A stretch of 41,964 nt of DNA from the IMG/VR virus record IMGVR_UViG_3300045988_036397; one strand, 5' to 3'. Positions 17,831 through 26,906 of this stretch are shown piece after piece. Position numbers and translations under genes: made by a program. This DNA is from a virus. The notes beneath the pieces were generated by a model. The model did not search any database, had not been told where the DNA came from, and saw only the letters and a program-made list of their open reading frames with translations. Every line of letters starts with the position of its first letter. The stretch's first letter is position 1.

Positions 17831-18204
17831 GTAGGCAATCCCTCCCGCAATCGTTCAGCCGTAAAACTTTTTAGGTTTTGTAGCATCGGGGAAGCGCTTG
17901 CAGGGGCTTGCTTTTCTTCCGGGCGGCTCGTAACCCGGAAATATGCCCCGGTAGTAACGTCCTTGTACACGCTGCCATACTCGATGGGCACATCTTTCCG
18001 CACAATGCCGGTATACACGCTGGTCACACCCTGCGCTTCGGCCTGCCGTGCTTCAAGGCTGCTGTCGAGTGCAACGTAATTCGCAAACTCTGCGCCCTCT
18101 CTCCACTCGGTAGCATAGCCGCCCTCACCGTCAGGCTTTGTCCGCTTGTCCATAATGATGCAGCTGTGCGAAAAATCATCTAAAAGGCTCATAGCTTTCT
18201 CCAT
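17827..18204 (-). CDS. head-tail adaptor / head closure protein
   Basis: 125-aa ORF with overlapping ends in the connector block. Confidence 0.5.
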   Translation of the reverse strand: MEKAMSLLDDFSHSCIIMDKRTKPDGEGGYATEWREGAEFANYVALDSSLEARQAEAQGVTSVYTGIVRKDVPIEYGSVYKDVTTGAYFRVTSRPEEKQAPASASPMLQNLKSFTAERLREGLPT

Positions 18205-18614
18205 TTGTTCAGCCGGGACGCAAACACACCCTGCCAGCCCGCCACAGAGCCGCCAGAATTGCCGTTTGCGCTCGATTTGGTGTAACTATACCCCGCAAAG
18301 CTCTCACTCTGGAATGGGCTGTTTGCGGCGTTCTCGTACTGCGTGCGCCACGCCTTGATTTCTTCTTCAAGGCGCAGAAATTCGGCAGGAACGGCCATGG
18401 CCCAGACAGCGCCATCAAACGTTTCATCCCTCAACGAGCAATTGCCGTATTGATACACACCATCGTTCAGAACGCTGCCCATAATGCGGAAATACTGTCC
18501 GGCACGCAAAAAAGGGAGCGCAATGCTCCCGCCCTTGATGCTGAACTCGCCCAGATGGACGCCATTCGGTGTGACAAACCAGTTCCGGCACTCCCTCATC
18601 AATTCCTCAAGCAT
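18189..18614 (-). CDS. head-tail connector-region protein
   Basis: 141-aa ORF directly after the major capsid gene. Confidence 0.45.
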   Translation of the reverse strand: MLEELMRECRNWFVTPNGVHLGEFSIKGGSIALPFLRAGQYFRIMGSVLNDGVYQYGNCSLRDETFDGAVWAMAVPAEFLRLEEEIKAWRTQYENAANSPFQSESFAGYSYTKSSANGNSGGSVAGWQGVFASRLNKWRKL

Positions 18615-18629
18615 TGCACTCCCTCTTTT

Positions 18630-19562
18630 TTACTGTGCTGCCTTGACAGTTTTTGCGCTCCGGGTTTCTGCGGGCGTAATGGTGGCAACGGCGATACCGT
18701 CCAGGTACTCTGCCCAAAGCTTCATGCCCATAAGAGCGTACATATCGCCAGTTGCGCGGCTGTAGTCGCCGTCAACATGCACTCCAATCAGGTTTGTTTC
18801 GCCCTCGACGGTATAGTTCAGGCCCAGCTTGGCGAAATCGCTGTCTGCGGGGTCGATGTAATACAGGTCGATATTCTCAACAGGCACGGCGATAACCTTG
18901 TTCTTTGCAATGTACTTTTCGGGCAGCAGGAACAGGGTGGAATAACCCATGAAATTCTGAACATAGGTCAGGCCGAAGGCGGTCTGCGTGGTGATTTCCT
19001 TGTCGCCCAGATAGCCGTAGAAGTCCAAAATGTTGGCAAAGCCTACAACCTCGGTAACATCACGGTCCATGCTGGCGAACTTGTCCAGCACGTTGCCCTT
19101 TGCCAGAGCAAGACCCTGCTGCCAAGTGGTAGCAGCTACAGCCAGAGAGCCAGTGTTCAGGAAGGTGTAGAAGTCGCCCAGAACCTTGTTCTGCAGGGCG
19201 ACAAGGAACGCCTCGTCGGTCTTTTCAACGGCAACATCTGCGCCGTATTTGGCGACTGCCTCAACGGATACGCTCTTAGCATACTTGGCAATCTCAATGT
19301 CGCCGTAGGTTTTGGGCTCGACCTTCATCTTGGTCAGCGGAATCTCATCGCCTTCGGCAACGGACGTACCGCCAGCCAGAGTGCCGTCAACAGTGGCCTC
19401 ATAGGAGACCAGCTTCGTGCCGGGGGCCTTGCGGATGGGGCGCATAATGCCCATGATGGTGCGCAGCGCGTCCCAGTTCTTGCCAAAGCGGGTGACGAAG
19501 TCAACCTCGCGGGCGTTGACAGTAATCTGGGCGGCGGTAGTCAGGTTAGTTTTTGCAGCCAT
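18630..19562 (-). CDS. major capsid protein
   Basis: 310-aa ORF following the scaffold gene. Size and position fit an HK97-fold capsid protein. Confidence 0.8.
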   Translation of the reverse strand: MAAKTNLTTAAQITVNAREVDFVTRFGKNWDALRTIMGIMRPIRKAPGTKLVSYEATVDGTLAGGTSVAEGDEIPLTKMKVEPKTYGDIEIAKYAKSVSVEAVAKYGADVAVEKTDEAFLVALQNKVLGDFYTFLNTGSLAVAATTWQQGLALAKGNVLDKFASMDRDVTEVVGFANILDFYGYLGDKEITTQTAFGLTYVQNFMGYSTLFLLPEKYIAKNKVIAVPVENIDLYYIDPADSDFAKLGLNYTVEGETNLIGVHVDGDYSRATGDMYALMGMKLWAEYLDGIAVATITPAETRSAKTVKAAQ

Positions 19563-19579
19563 ATTTTGGCTCCTTTCTG

Positions 19580-20218
19580 TTAATCGTCAGATTCGTTTTG
19601 CATGAGGTTCACAAGCGCCGCCTGCCGCTCGGAGGTGGACAGTACATAACGACCCTTATCGTCCGTCTTGTAGATGTCCTCCCGCGTCAGGGCCTTGCCG
19701 CCATTGTTGGCAGGGGGAGTAGACGTGTCTGCGCCTTTGGTGCTGCTCTTGGTGATGTACTCGCCATAATCGGTCTTGAGGCTCTTTTCAAGCTCAGCAG
19801 CGTCTTTGATAGCGCCTTTATCGTCCAGTTCCAGCTTGTCCAGCAGGCCGTCTCCCTTTGCAAGGCGTGCGACAGAGGAAATCCGTTTTTCAGAAATGCC
19901 GATTTTCAGCAGGACGTCTGACAGTGCCTTTTCTTTGGCAGCCGTTGTTTTTTCAGCGTCTACGTTGGCCTTGTAGTCCCCGAAAGCCTTGTGCTCTGCT
20001 TCATACTTAGCCTTGTAACCGCCGTCGCCCTGCGCTTTCAGGTCGTCCAACTCCTTCTGGACGCCCGGCAGCTTTTCTGCATCGGCTTTATACCGCGTGA
20101 CGTCGTCCTTCAGCGGGTCAACAACGCCCAGATGGAGCGCCACCAGCTGATTTTCAATTTCGTCAGTGCAGCTTTCGCCAATAATTTTACGGATTTCAGC
20201 GCGTGTAAATTTTGCCAT
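19580..20218 (-). CDS. scaffolding protein
   Basis: 212 aa, highly charged and helical (KDDVTRYKADAEKLPGVQKELDDLKAQ). It lies immediately upstream of the capsid gene. Confidence 0.75.
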   Translation of the reverse strand: MAKFTRAEIRKIIGESCTDEIENQLVALHLGVVDPLKDDVTRYKADAEKLPGVQKELDDLKAQGDGGYKAKYEAEHKAFGDYKANVDAEKTTAAKEKALSDVLLKIGISEKRISSVARLAKGDGLLDKLELDDKGAIKDAAELEKSLKTDYGEYITKSSTKGADTSTPPANNGGKALTREDIYKTDDKGRYVLSTSERQAALVNLMQNESDD

Positions 20219-20276
20219 GGGGGTTCTCTCCTTTTCTTCGGTGGCGGTTCTTCGCCATTTGAGTTTTATTTATTCA

Positions 20277-20344
20277 AAACAGCAGTGCTTCGCTGTTTTT
20301 GCGTATAAAAATAGCAACCGCCGAGAAAGTCTCGGTAGTTGCTA
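20277..20344 (-). terminator. two hairpin terminators downstream of the lipoprotein moron
   Basis: The hairpin at 20312-20344 (TAGCAAC..CCGAG / CTCGG..GTTGCTA) is followed on the minus strand by TTTTT. The second hairpin, AACAGC/GCTGTT (20278-20297), is flanked by A and T runs and so could act in both directions. Confidence 0.55.
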
Positions 20345-20358
20345 GGTAAACTTGCCTT

Positions 20359-20742
20359 TTACGGTTTCACTTCAACGCTGGGCAGCACATTTGTGTGGAA
20401 ATACAGCTTGTAATGGTACGGGTCTGTGTGTGTTCCTGTAATGTCTTCGACAACATACATAGTGTAGCTGTTTAGGTAGATGTAATTTTTCCTGTAAGTA
20501 TCGGGGCCAACCTTTACAGTGCAGACAAGCTCGTTGCTGGAATTGTTGGAGATAGACATATATCCCTCGGCTTCCATAATGACCTTGTCTGTTCTGGCGT
20601 TGTATACTGTGATTTTTCGTTCGCTCTCAAAGTAATCGGCCTGTTTAGAAATATTGGAGTTTGCTCTATCGGCTTCGGAGCAGCCACATAAAAGCAAAAC
20701 TGAGGCCATAACTGCGATTGCGATATAAATAATCTTTTTCAT
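20359..20742 (-). CDS. lipoprotein (moron inside the head module)
   Basis: ORF trimmed to ATG 20742 with SD GGGAGGAA. It has a signal peptide MKKIIYIAIAVMASVLLLCGC with lipobox LCG|C. Confidence 0.75.
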   Translation of the reverse strand: MKKIIYIAIAVMASVLLLCGCSEADRANSNISKQADYFESERKITVYNARTDKVIMEAEGYMSISNNSSNELVCTVKVGPDTYRKNYIYLNSYTMYVVEDITGTHTDPYHYKLYFHTNVLPSVEVKP

Positions 20743-20775
20743 GTGTTTTCCTCCCAATAAAAAGAGCCGAGAGGC

Positions 20776-21174
20776 TTATTTGCCTTTCAGCTCGGATTCA
20801 ATTATTTTCTTGTACTGGTCTACATGGTCTGCGACAGCGGGCTTGATGTACGGTTTAGCGCGTTGTCCGTGGGTCAGATGCCAATCGCCGTTTTCGTCTT
20901 GATACGTCCACGGTGTTTGTCTGCCGCCGGGGTAATAAACGCCCGTGCCGCACTCCACATAAACTGCATACTCGCTGTTTGTGCCGATATACGCAGCTTT
21001 TTCGCCGTCGTTTACCATATGTGTAATGCTGTTGCGCAGATTGCCAGTGTCAACAGGGCATAGCTTTTTAGCGTGCCCTTCAGCAACAAGCCCGCACTTT
21101 TCGAGCGCTCTTCCAACCGCAGCATCAAGCGCTTCTAGCACCTCGGCGCTGTGGTCTTCAAGTGTGATTTTCAT
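20776..21174 (-). CDS. HK97 gp10-family head-tail joining protein
   Basis: 132 aa. The motif VDTGNLRNSI is typical of the HK97 gp10 family. Confidence 0.7.
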   Translation of the reverse strand: MKITLEDHSAEVLEALDAAVGRALEKCGLVAEGHAKKLCPVDTGNLRNSITHMVNDGEKAAYIGTNSEYAVYVECGTGVYYPGGRQTPWTYQDENGDWHLTHGQRAKPYIKPAVADHVDQYKKIIESELKGK

Positions 21175-21329
21175 TTTAACTTTTCGATTTCGTTTTCACT
21201 GCAATCAATAATTTGATTGTTTTCGTCAAGTTCGATAAGGTAACGCAAAACGTCCGTGCCCCGTATATCTACCACCACACCAATTTTTCCAGATGCAGTT
21301 ACTTTTACTTTATCAAATTCGCGTATCAC
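21171..21329 (-). CDS. DUF4926-like small protein (52 aa); candidate cognate partner of the MuF C-terminal module
   Basis: Not in the ORF track. GTG 21329 overlaps the MuF stop (GTGA), and its own stop overlaps the next ATG (ATGA). The product (M)IREFDKVKVTASGKIGVVVDIRGTDVLRYLIELDENNQIIDCSENEIEKLK fits the SH3-like DUF4926 pattern. Confidence 0.5.
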   Translation of the reverse strand: MIREFDKVKVTASGKIGVVVDIRGTDVLRYLIELDENNQIIDCSENEIEKLK

Positions 21330-22831
21330 TTGTCTGCATCCTTTCTATAGGCTGTTGTAATTCTCGGTTTTCCGTTGCCGGGTTCTTTTATCCAGCAAGT
21401 CAAGAATTGCTTTTTCTCCGTTATCCCCAACTTCATGGGAATCGAATACTTTTTGCTCCCATCTTCCAGCTCTATTACATTTTGAACTTTGCTCTCATCG
21501 TATTGCTTTGCAATATCGTATCGTAGCTGTATCGGGTTTACCTTTGCATATCCAACGTCGAAAAATTCTTTCGCATGTTTTGCGCCGGGCTTCAAAAGAT
21601 ATTCTTTGAATTTTCTTTCCGTCGTTTCGCATTGCGCTTTTTCTACAAACATTGTTTGCCTTTTTAAGGTCTTTAACGCGTGCCAAATTTCAATATCATT
21701 ATACTTTAAATCTTGGAACTTGCAAACTGAATCTGGCACTTTATCGCCTAAAACTTTGCGGTATTCCGCAAATTGTCTTTTGTCGGATGAAAAATTACGC
21801 CCTTTTTTCATATATGTTTCCCACGCATATCTGTTTTCTGCTTCTTTCCAGCTATCCCATTGCGTGTAATTCATATATGGGACAAGTACGCTTCTCCCTG
21901 TTTCTGGGTCTATCGCTCTCCGCAACTCATGCCGCGATTTTGGCACATCTGGCAAATCCGCTATTGTTGTGCAGCGGCAATTATACACTAGGTATCCCGG
22001 CGCAGATTCATCGCCAGGCTTCATGAGCTTATAACCATCAATAATAAACGGCTTTTCCACATCTACCGTTTGCCCGTCTGCCACCGCGTGCGCATGCCGC
22101 GTGCGGTTGTCTAACGTTGCCACCCATTGTTTTTTCAGCTTGATGCCCATGTCTTGTGCGGCACGGTAAGTATCTAGCCGTCCCGCGTTCTCTGCTGCTG
22201 TGACCGCCGTTCTGGCCGTTCGGATAGCGCTTGCGCGGCTCATGTCCCGCATACGGCTTTGCAGGTCATCCGCAATCTTGCCAATTCCCTTGCCTTGCAG
22301 AATGGAGCTTGTGACGCTGGCTGTGATTTGCTGCTTGCCGTACTTCAAATCAATGCCACGCTGCAATGCACGCTTTGGCGGGTAGTACGGCATCAAGTCA
22401 GGCTGCTCCACAATCAGACGTTTCACTGTCTGCTCATCCCACAGCGTAAAATCTGCTTTGTCGGAAACCTGCTCGATTTTGTAAGCAGAGTAATTGCGGT
22501 TCAAGCTGTAAATGCCAGGCGTGGCGTCATTGACATAGGCCACAGCCGTTTCGTTGGCGTTGGTGTATCTTTCTGCCACCTTGTCCCGCAGCGCCGCAAA
22601 ACGCTTCCCGCGCCCAATCTGCGCAAGCCGCCACTGCTTATATTGCTGCTCCGTGATTTCGCCTGCATCGAGCTTTTCTTTCATGGCTGCATCACGCTTG
22701 GCGAACTGCTCAAAATAGGATTTCACCGTGTCGGTCAATTCGTCAGCAGCTTTTTTGTACAGCTTTGCGATGCGCTGTTCCAGCTTTGCAAGCTCGGCAT
22801 CTGTCATTTTGTGGGCGTAATCAGGTTTCAT
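21326..22831 (-). CDS. MuF / SPP1 gp7-family head morphogenesis protein with a C-terminal DUF6883-like extension
   Basis: Residues 1-295 carry MuF hallmarks (ARTAVTAAENAG, DNRTRHAH, NCRC). Residues ~345-400 are the linker type seen in MuF polymorphic toxins (FAEYRKVLG..KFQDLKYND). Residues ~403-497 (KFKEYLLKPGAKHAKEFFDVGY...GKPRITTAY) fit the DUF6883 pattern. Confidence 0.8.
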   Translation of the reverse strand: MKPDYAHKMTDAELAKLEQRIAKLYKKAADELTDTVKSYFEQFAKRDAAMKEKLDAGEITEQQYKQWRLAQIGRGKRFAALRDKVAERYTNANETAVAYVNDATPGIYSLNRNYSAYKIEQVSDKADFTLWDEQTVKRLIVEQPDLMPYYPPKRALQRGIDLKYGKQQITASVTSSILQGKGIGKIADDLQSRMRDMSRASAIRTARTAVTAAENAGRLDTYRAAQDMGIKLKKQWVATLDNRTRHAHAVADGQTVDVEKPFIIDGYKLMKPGDESAPGYLVYNCRCTTIADLPDVPKSRHELRRAIDPETGRSVLVPYMNYTQWDSWKEAENRYAWETYMKKGRNFSSDKRQFAEYRKVLGDKVPDSVCKFQDLKYNDIEIWHALKTLKRQTMFVEKAQCETTERKFKEYLLKPGAKHAKEFFDVGYAKVNPIQLRYDIAKQYDESKVQNVIELEDGSKKYSIPMKLGITEKKQFLTCWIKEPGNGKPRITTAYRKDADK

Positions 22832-23187
22832 TTACGTCTACTTCCACGTCGACTTGCTGTTGCCTTTCTCTGAGCCCGTTTGTTTCCACCCATCTGCGCA
22901 TCCATTGTATTTAAGAAGTTGCTTGTTGCTTTTCTATCAGCTCTATAGGCCTCTTGTTTTTTTTCATATTGCTTTTTATTATATGTTTTTACGCCATATC
23001 CCAGATTTTGCGCGTTTCGCATGATTTGTGATGCTGATAAATTGATAGAATCACCATTTTCGCTATAAACTTTGCCGTTTTTGACAACATACCCAGCGCG
23101 TGCCCCATCCATATCAATATCAAACGCAACAACGCCGCGCGGTGTTCCACTGCCGCCCCTGCCGCTTCCAGAACCTCTACCACCCAT
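22828..23187 (-). CDS. basic Gly/Arg-rich hypothetical protein
   Basis: 119 aa with N-terminus MGGRGSGSGRGGSGTPRG and a basic C-terminus KRAQRKATASRRGSRRK. It lies between DUF4417 and MuF. Confidence 0.65.
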   Translation of the reverse strand: MGGRGSGSGRGGSGTPRGVVAFDIDMDGARAGYVVKNGKVYSENGDSINLSASQIMRNAQNLGYGVKTYNKKQYEKKQEAYRADRKATSNFLNTMDAQMGGNKRAQRKATASRRGSRRK

Positions 23188-23803
23188 TCTTACATCTCCT
23201 TTTTACTTGCTTATAATATGGCTGAATCCTCGTGACATTCCAGTCAAATTCTTCATGGCATTTGCCATACCACAAAATCTCACTGGGTTCAAGCCTTGCC
23301 AATGCCGCCCGAACGCCTTTTTCAAACAGCGCTTGATTCTGCTTGCTTTTCTGCGTTCCCACGCTAGAAATCGCCACAATCGAATGTTGTGGCTCGCCGT
23401 CAAAACACCACTCGTAGCTTTGTTCATTGCTCCAACACAGGGTTGGCACAACGTGAATCCCGCATTGCTGCCAGTATGCCGCCAGCCAGTGCTTGCGATA
23501 GTGATTGTATATCTGCATAGCAAGCGGCATATCTGTATACATTGAGAAATCAGGCGCACACACAGCGCCAAATTTTTGAAGCAACGGAATGTACTTGTCC
23601 GGCTGATTCCACACCCTTTGGAATTGATAATCATCCACGAAAAAGTGAACGCCTTTTGTTGCGCAGTCCGTACAGGTTTTAGCAAAGTTGAACGGAATCC
23701 ATTCCAGATGCCGCACATCAATGTGTTCCGGCTGGATAATCGGCGTATCGTATTTTCCAACTCCTAAAAAGTTGGCTTTGTCGAGGTTTTCAAAATTCAA
23801 CAT
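23177..23803 (-). CDS. DUF4417-like protein
   Basis: 208 aa. The pattern FFVDDYQFQRVWNQP..PDFSMYTDMP..QIYNHYR..W matches the DUF4417 family as remembered. Function unknown. Confidence 0.6.
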   Translation of the reverse strand: MLNFENLDKANFLGVGKYDTPIIQPEHIDVRHLEWIPFNFAKTCTDCATKGVHFFVDDYQFQRVWNQPDKYIPLLQKFGAVCAPDFSMYTDMPLAMQIYNHYRKHWLAAYWQQCGIHVVPTLCWSNEQSYEWCFDGEPQHSIVAISSVGTQKSKQNQALFEKGVRAALARLEPSEILWYGKCHEEFDWNVTRIQPYYKQVKRRCKNGW

Positions 23804-23807
23804 CTTG

Positions 23808-25154
23808 TCACTCCTCGCCGTTGGTCGTGCGGTCTAACTCCTCTGCCGCCTTTCGATTCATCAATTCATCGTACTGGTCTGCGTCGCCAAGGATGGTCAG
23901 CAGCTTTTTGGTGATGTATTCATCATCGTAGTATTCTGCACCCAGCAAGACCGTCTGCGCCTCTTCCTGCTTGTTGATGATTTGGTTGCGCGTGTATGTC
24001 GGATCGTCATCAAGCCCGGCAACCGCCAAAATGCCCTTGATGCAGCGCGTCACGCAGCTTTCAAACTTGTCTGTTTTCAGGTCGAGTGGCACATAACTGG
24101 CCTTGATGGCCGTTGCAGTTTGGTTGCCAGCGCTGACAGCGGCAGAATCAAAGGCCTGAAAGTCCTCGTATAGCTTTTTGGTGAGCATATCAATAGTCGC
24201 CTGCGTGCCTTGGAACGGAGCTTCGATGCTCTGTGGCGTGGCCTTTGCGCCCTCGTCACCGTCAGCATGGGCGACATGGGTCGTCTTAAGACGCTCAATG
24301 AACTTTGTGTCGTCCTGCTCGTCCATGCCTCCGCAGTTGGTCAGAACCCAGAAAATCAGGTTGCCTTCGTCAACGTTGTTTACCATGTTGGAGCTTGCAA
24401 GGTCGAGCGCGTCAATGGTATTCTGTCGCCCCTGTAGCTCGCTGTGGGCCTGCTCGCCGTTTTTCAGCGGGATAATGGGAAATCCGGGATAATTCTCGCC
24501 GTCATAAATTTCTGTTCCGTCTGCCTCGCTGGTGCGCAGCTTCAACTTGTAGGCGCGTTTCGGCTTGAGAATCGCCATATCATCGCTTTTGGGCTTTAGA
24601 TACTCTGTGTAACCGTCAAGCTCGTACAGCGTGGAGCGCAGCGGCTTATTGTCTGCCACCTGCCAGAAACGGATTCCGGCTTTAATGGATCCGTCTTCCT
24701 CGTCGTATAGGGGAACAAATTCCTCTGATGCGAACACCTGCACATGGTCGAGATTCCAAAACACGAAAGACTGCCCGTCAATCAAAGCATGGCGGGCAGC
24801 GTCCATAATATCTTCGTCAAACGTAGCACCCAGCGCCTTTTTTGTCTCCGGCTCCTGAAATGAAACGCCGTTGCCTAACAAATACGAAACTTCTTGGTCT
24901 ACGACAAAGCCAAAGAACTTGCTTGCTATCTTGTGATTTGCCGTGTACATGTCACGGTGCGCCTTGCCCTGCATGTCGTAAATGATTTTCTCGTATTTGT
25001 TGATTGTAGGGTTTTCTCCGTGGTAATACTTGTTGGCGTTCGCTGCAAGGCGTGTGCTATGGTCGGCCTTATACTCATTGATTGCGCCAAGTATGAAACT
25101 CATGCGGGCTTTTTCGTCCTCGCCAACCGCTACAAAATCTTGGTATGTTTTCAC
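23808..25154 (-). CDS. portal protein (SPP1 gp6-like)
   Basis: 448-aa ORF (GTG start) immediately downstream of terL. Confidence 0.85.
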   Translation of the reverse strand: MKTYQDFVAVGEDEKARMSFILGAINEYKADHSTRLAANANKYYHGENPTINKYEKIIYDMQGKAHRDMYTANHKIASKFFGFVVDQEVSYLLGNGVSFQEPETKKALGATFDEDIMDAARHALIDGQSFVFWNLDHVQVFASEEFVPLYDEEDGSIKAGIRFWQVADNKPLRSTLYELDGYTEYLKPKSDDMAILKPKRAYKLKLRTSEADGTEIYDGENYPGFPIIPLKNGEQAHSELQGRQNTIDALDLASSNMVNNVDEGNLIFWVLTNCGGMDEQDDTKFIERLKTTHVAHADGDEGAKATPQSIEAPFQGTQATIDMLTKKLYEDFQAFDSAAVSAGNQTATAIKASYVPLDLKTDKFESCVTRCIKGILAVAGLDDDPTYTRNQIINKQEEAQTVLLGAEYYDDEYITKKLLTILGDADQYDELMNRKAAEELDRTTNGEE

Positions 25155-25169
25155 GTCTTCTCACCGCCT

Positions 25170-26441
25170 TTACACGAAAATGCTCTTGTATCTGGTTTCG
25201 GCGGTGTCCCCCGCCTTGTTTGCCGTGCTTTCCATCGCATAACGCACAGCGTCAATGTGATGGTTGTTCAAATCTGGGTAGCCTTCCAGCACTTCACCAG
25301 TCTTGCTGTCTCGCTCGTACTCGTACTCACTGAATTCCTTTGCTGTGTCCGGGCATCGTTCCGGGTCAATGACAATAGCTTCCAGCATTTGCAGCCACTT
25401 TGTGCCGTAGCGAACCGATTTCGGCCCCTTGCGGGCTGGGAACGTCTTTACGCCGTACTTGTTATAGTCCGCAATAGATTTTGGCTCGGCGCTATCCGCG
25501 CAGACTTTATCCTCTCGCGTCAGCCCTCTATCTAAAAGCAGTTGCGCAGTGTCCCTGTTGCTGGTTCTACGCCGTGTCAGTTCATCGAAGATGTACAGCG
25601 TGCGCCGCGCTGCGTCATAGTGCATTGCATTGTATGCCCATGGGTCAGGATACCAGCCCCAGTCAACGCCGCGCTTGATACGGTCAAAACCTGCAATCTG
25701 TTCATCGGTGATTTTCTCAATGCGCAGATTCTCAAATACCGCTGTGCCGTTGCCGACAACCTCGCCCAGATACTCGTGTCGGTAGGCCGTTTCGTTTGTG
25801 CGCTGCAAATATTCAGCATCGGCCAGAAACCGCTCTCCGAGCCATTCTGCTGGCGTTGTTTTGTAGGTGGAATGATGTACTAGCTTTCCCTTGCGGGGCT
25901 GCAAAGCGTAGCCGTTCGCCCAGTTCCGCGCCATTGCAGGCGGGTTGAAGCTCTTGAACGTGATGAACCAGTCACCGCCGCGCAAGCAGGACTGCTCCAC
26001 GTTTCGGATTTGCTCTTCACCGTCAAACTGGTCAAGTTCTTCAAACCAGCAGATGCCGATATAACCAAAAGGCACTTTAATTGACTTTACCTTGCCGGGG
26101 TCATCAACGCCGAAAAAAAGCACCTTTTGTCCTGTCGGCAAATAGGTGCATTCCATCGGGGAGACTGTGCAACGAAAATGGTCGTGCAATCCAAGCTCAT
26201 TGATTGCCCATACGATTTGCGCATACACGCTTGTGCGCAGTGTGTTTCCGACCTTGCGGAAAACCGCCGCGTGGCATTGCGGATGCTTTAGCAGCTGCAA
26301 AATTAGCTCTATGCTAATATAGCTGGATTTTGTACTGCCGCGCCCGCCCTTTGCGACAAGCTCTTTTACATTACCTGCCTTGATTTCACGGTGGATTTTT
26401 GCGAAGCAAGGGGAAACAACGCCAGATAGCTTACAAGTCAT
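25170..26441 (-). CDS. terL: terminase large subunit (PBSX-type)
   Basis: 423 aa with Walker A KGGRGSTKS. Its start overlaps the terS stop. Confidence 0.9.
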   Translation of the reverse strand: MTCKLSGVVSPCFAKIHREIKAGNVKELVAKGGRGSTKSSYISIELILQLLKHPQCHAAVFRKVGNTLRTSVYAQIVWAINELGLHDHFRCTVSPMECTYLPTGQKVLFFGVDDPGKVKSIKVPFGYIGICWFEELDQFDGEEQIRNVEQSCLRGGDWFITFKSFNPPAMARNWANGYALQPRKGKLVHHSTYKTTPAEWLGERFLADAEYLQRTNETAYRHEYLGEVVGNGTAVFENLRIEKITDEQIAGFDRIKRGVDWGWYPDPWAYNAMHYDAARRTLYIFDELTRRRTSNRDTAQLLLDRGLTREDKVCADSAEPKSIADYNKYGVKTFPARKGPKSVRYGTKWLQMLEAIVIDPERCPDTAKEFSEYEYERDSKTGEVLEGYPDLNNHHIDAVRYAMESTANKAGDTAETRYKSIFV

Positions 26442-26856
26442 CTATGATTAGCACCTCGCTATCCTGCTGTTGTTCCGGCTTATCCTGCCATCCGAAATTT
26501 GCCCGCAAGCTGAACTGTGCGCCGCCGGAGCCGTCTTTGTCATACAGTCTTTCTTCGGCGTACTGTTCACAACGGGTCTTTGCACGCGTAATCGTGTCAT
26601 TGAACTCTGGTTTATTTTGATAATTCAAAAGCGCCTGCCTTGATGCAAAACCAAGTGCAAGCGCCAACCCTGTCACAGTAGGCGGCTTTTTATCGTCATA
26701 GATGATATAGCCGTTTTTATTTCTCATCGGTTCGCCGTTATCGTCTACGAACGGCTGTCCTTTGCAGGCTTCAAAGTAGGCATCAATCTTTTCTTGCATT
26801 GCCTTTACGCTTCTGTATTTAGGTGGTGCGCCCACCGGATTTTTTCTTGATGCCAC
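26431..26856 (-). CDS. terS: terminase small subunit
   Basis: The track ORF 26431-27027 is trimmed to GTG 26856, preceded by GAGGTG. The product begins (M)ASRKNPVGAPPKYRSVKAMQEKIDAYFEAC, a typical small-terminase N-terminus. The upstream extension is not protein-like. Confidence 0.75.
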   Translation of the reverse strand: MASRKNPVGAPPKYRSVKAMQEKIDAYFEACKGQPFVDDNGEPMRNKNGYIIYDDKKPPTVTGLALALGFASRQALLNYQNKPEFNDTITRAKTRCEQYAEERLYDKDGSGGAQFSLRANFGWQDKPEQQQDSEVLIIDDL

Positions 26857-26876
26857 TTTATCACCTCGCCTTACAA

Positions 26877-26906
26877 CACAAAAAGCCCACACAATTTGTG
26901 TAGGCT
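26877..26906 (-). terminator. intrinsic terminator about 20 nt upstream of the terS start
   Basis: The minus-strand RNA reads AGCCUACACA-AAU-UGUGUGGGCU followed by UUUUU. One stem position is a G-U pair on the minus strand but a C-A mismatch on the plus strand, which argues for minus-strand function. Confidence 0.7.

Noticed and set aside
18450-19583. 377-aa plus-strand ORF.
   Set aside because: It lies antisense to the major capsid gene, has no SD and is low-complexity. The minus-strand gene fits the module order.
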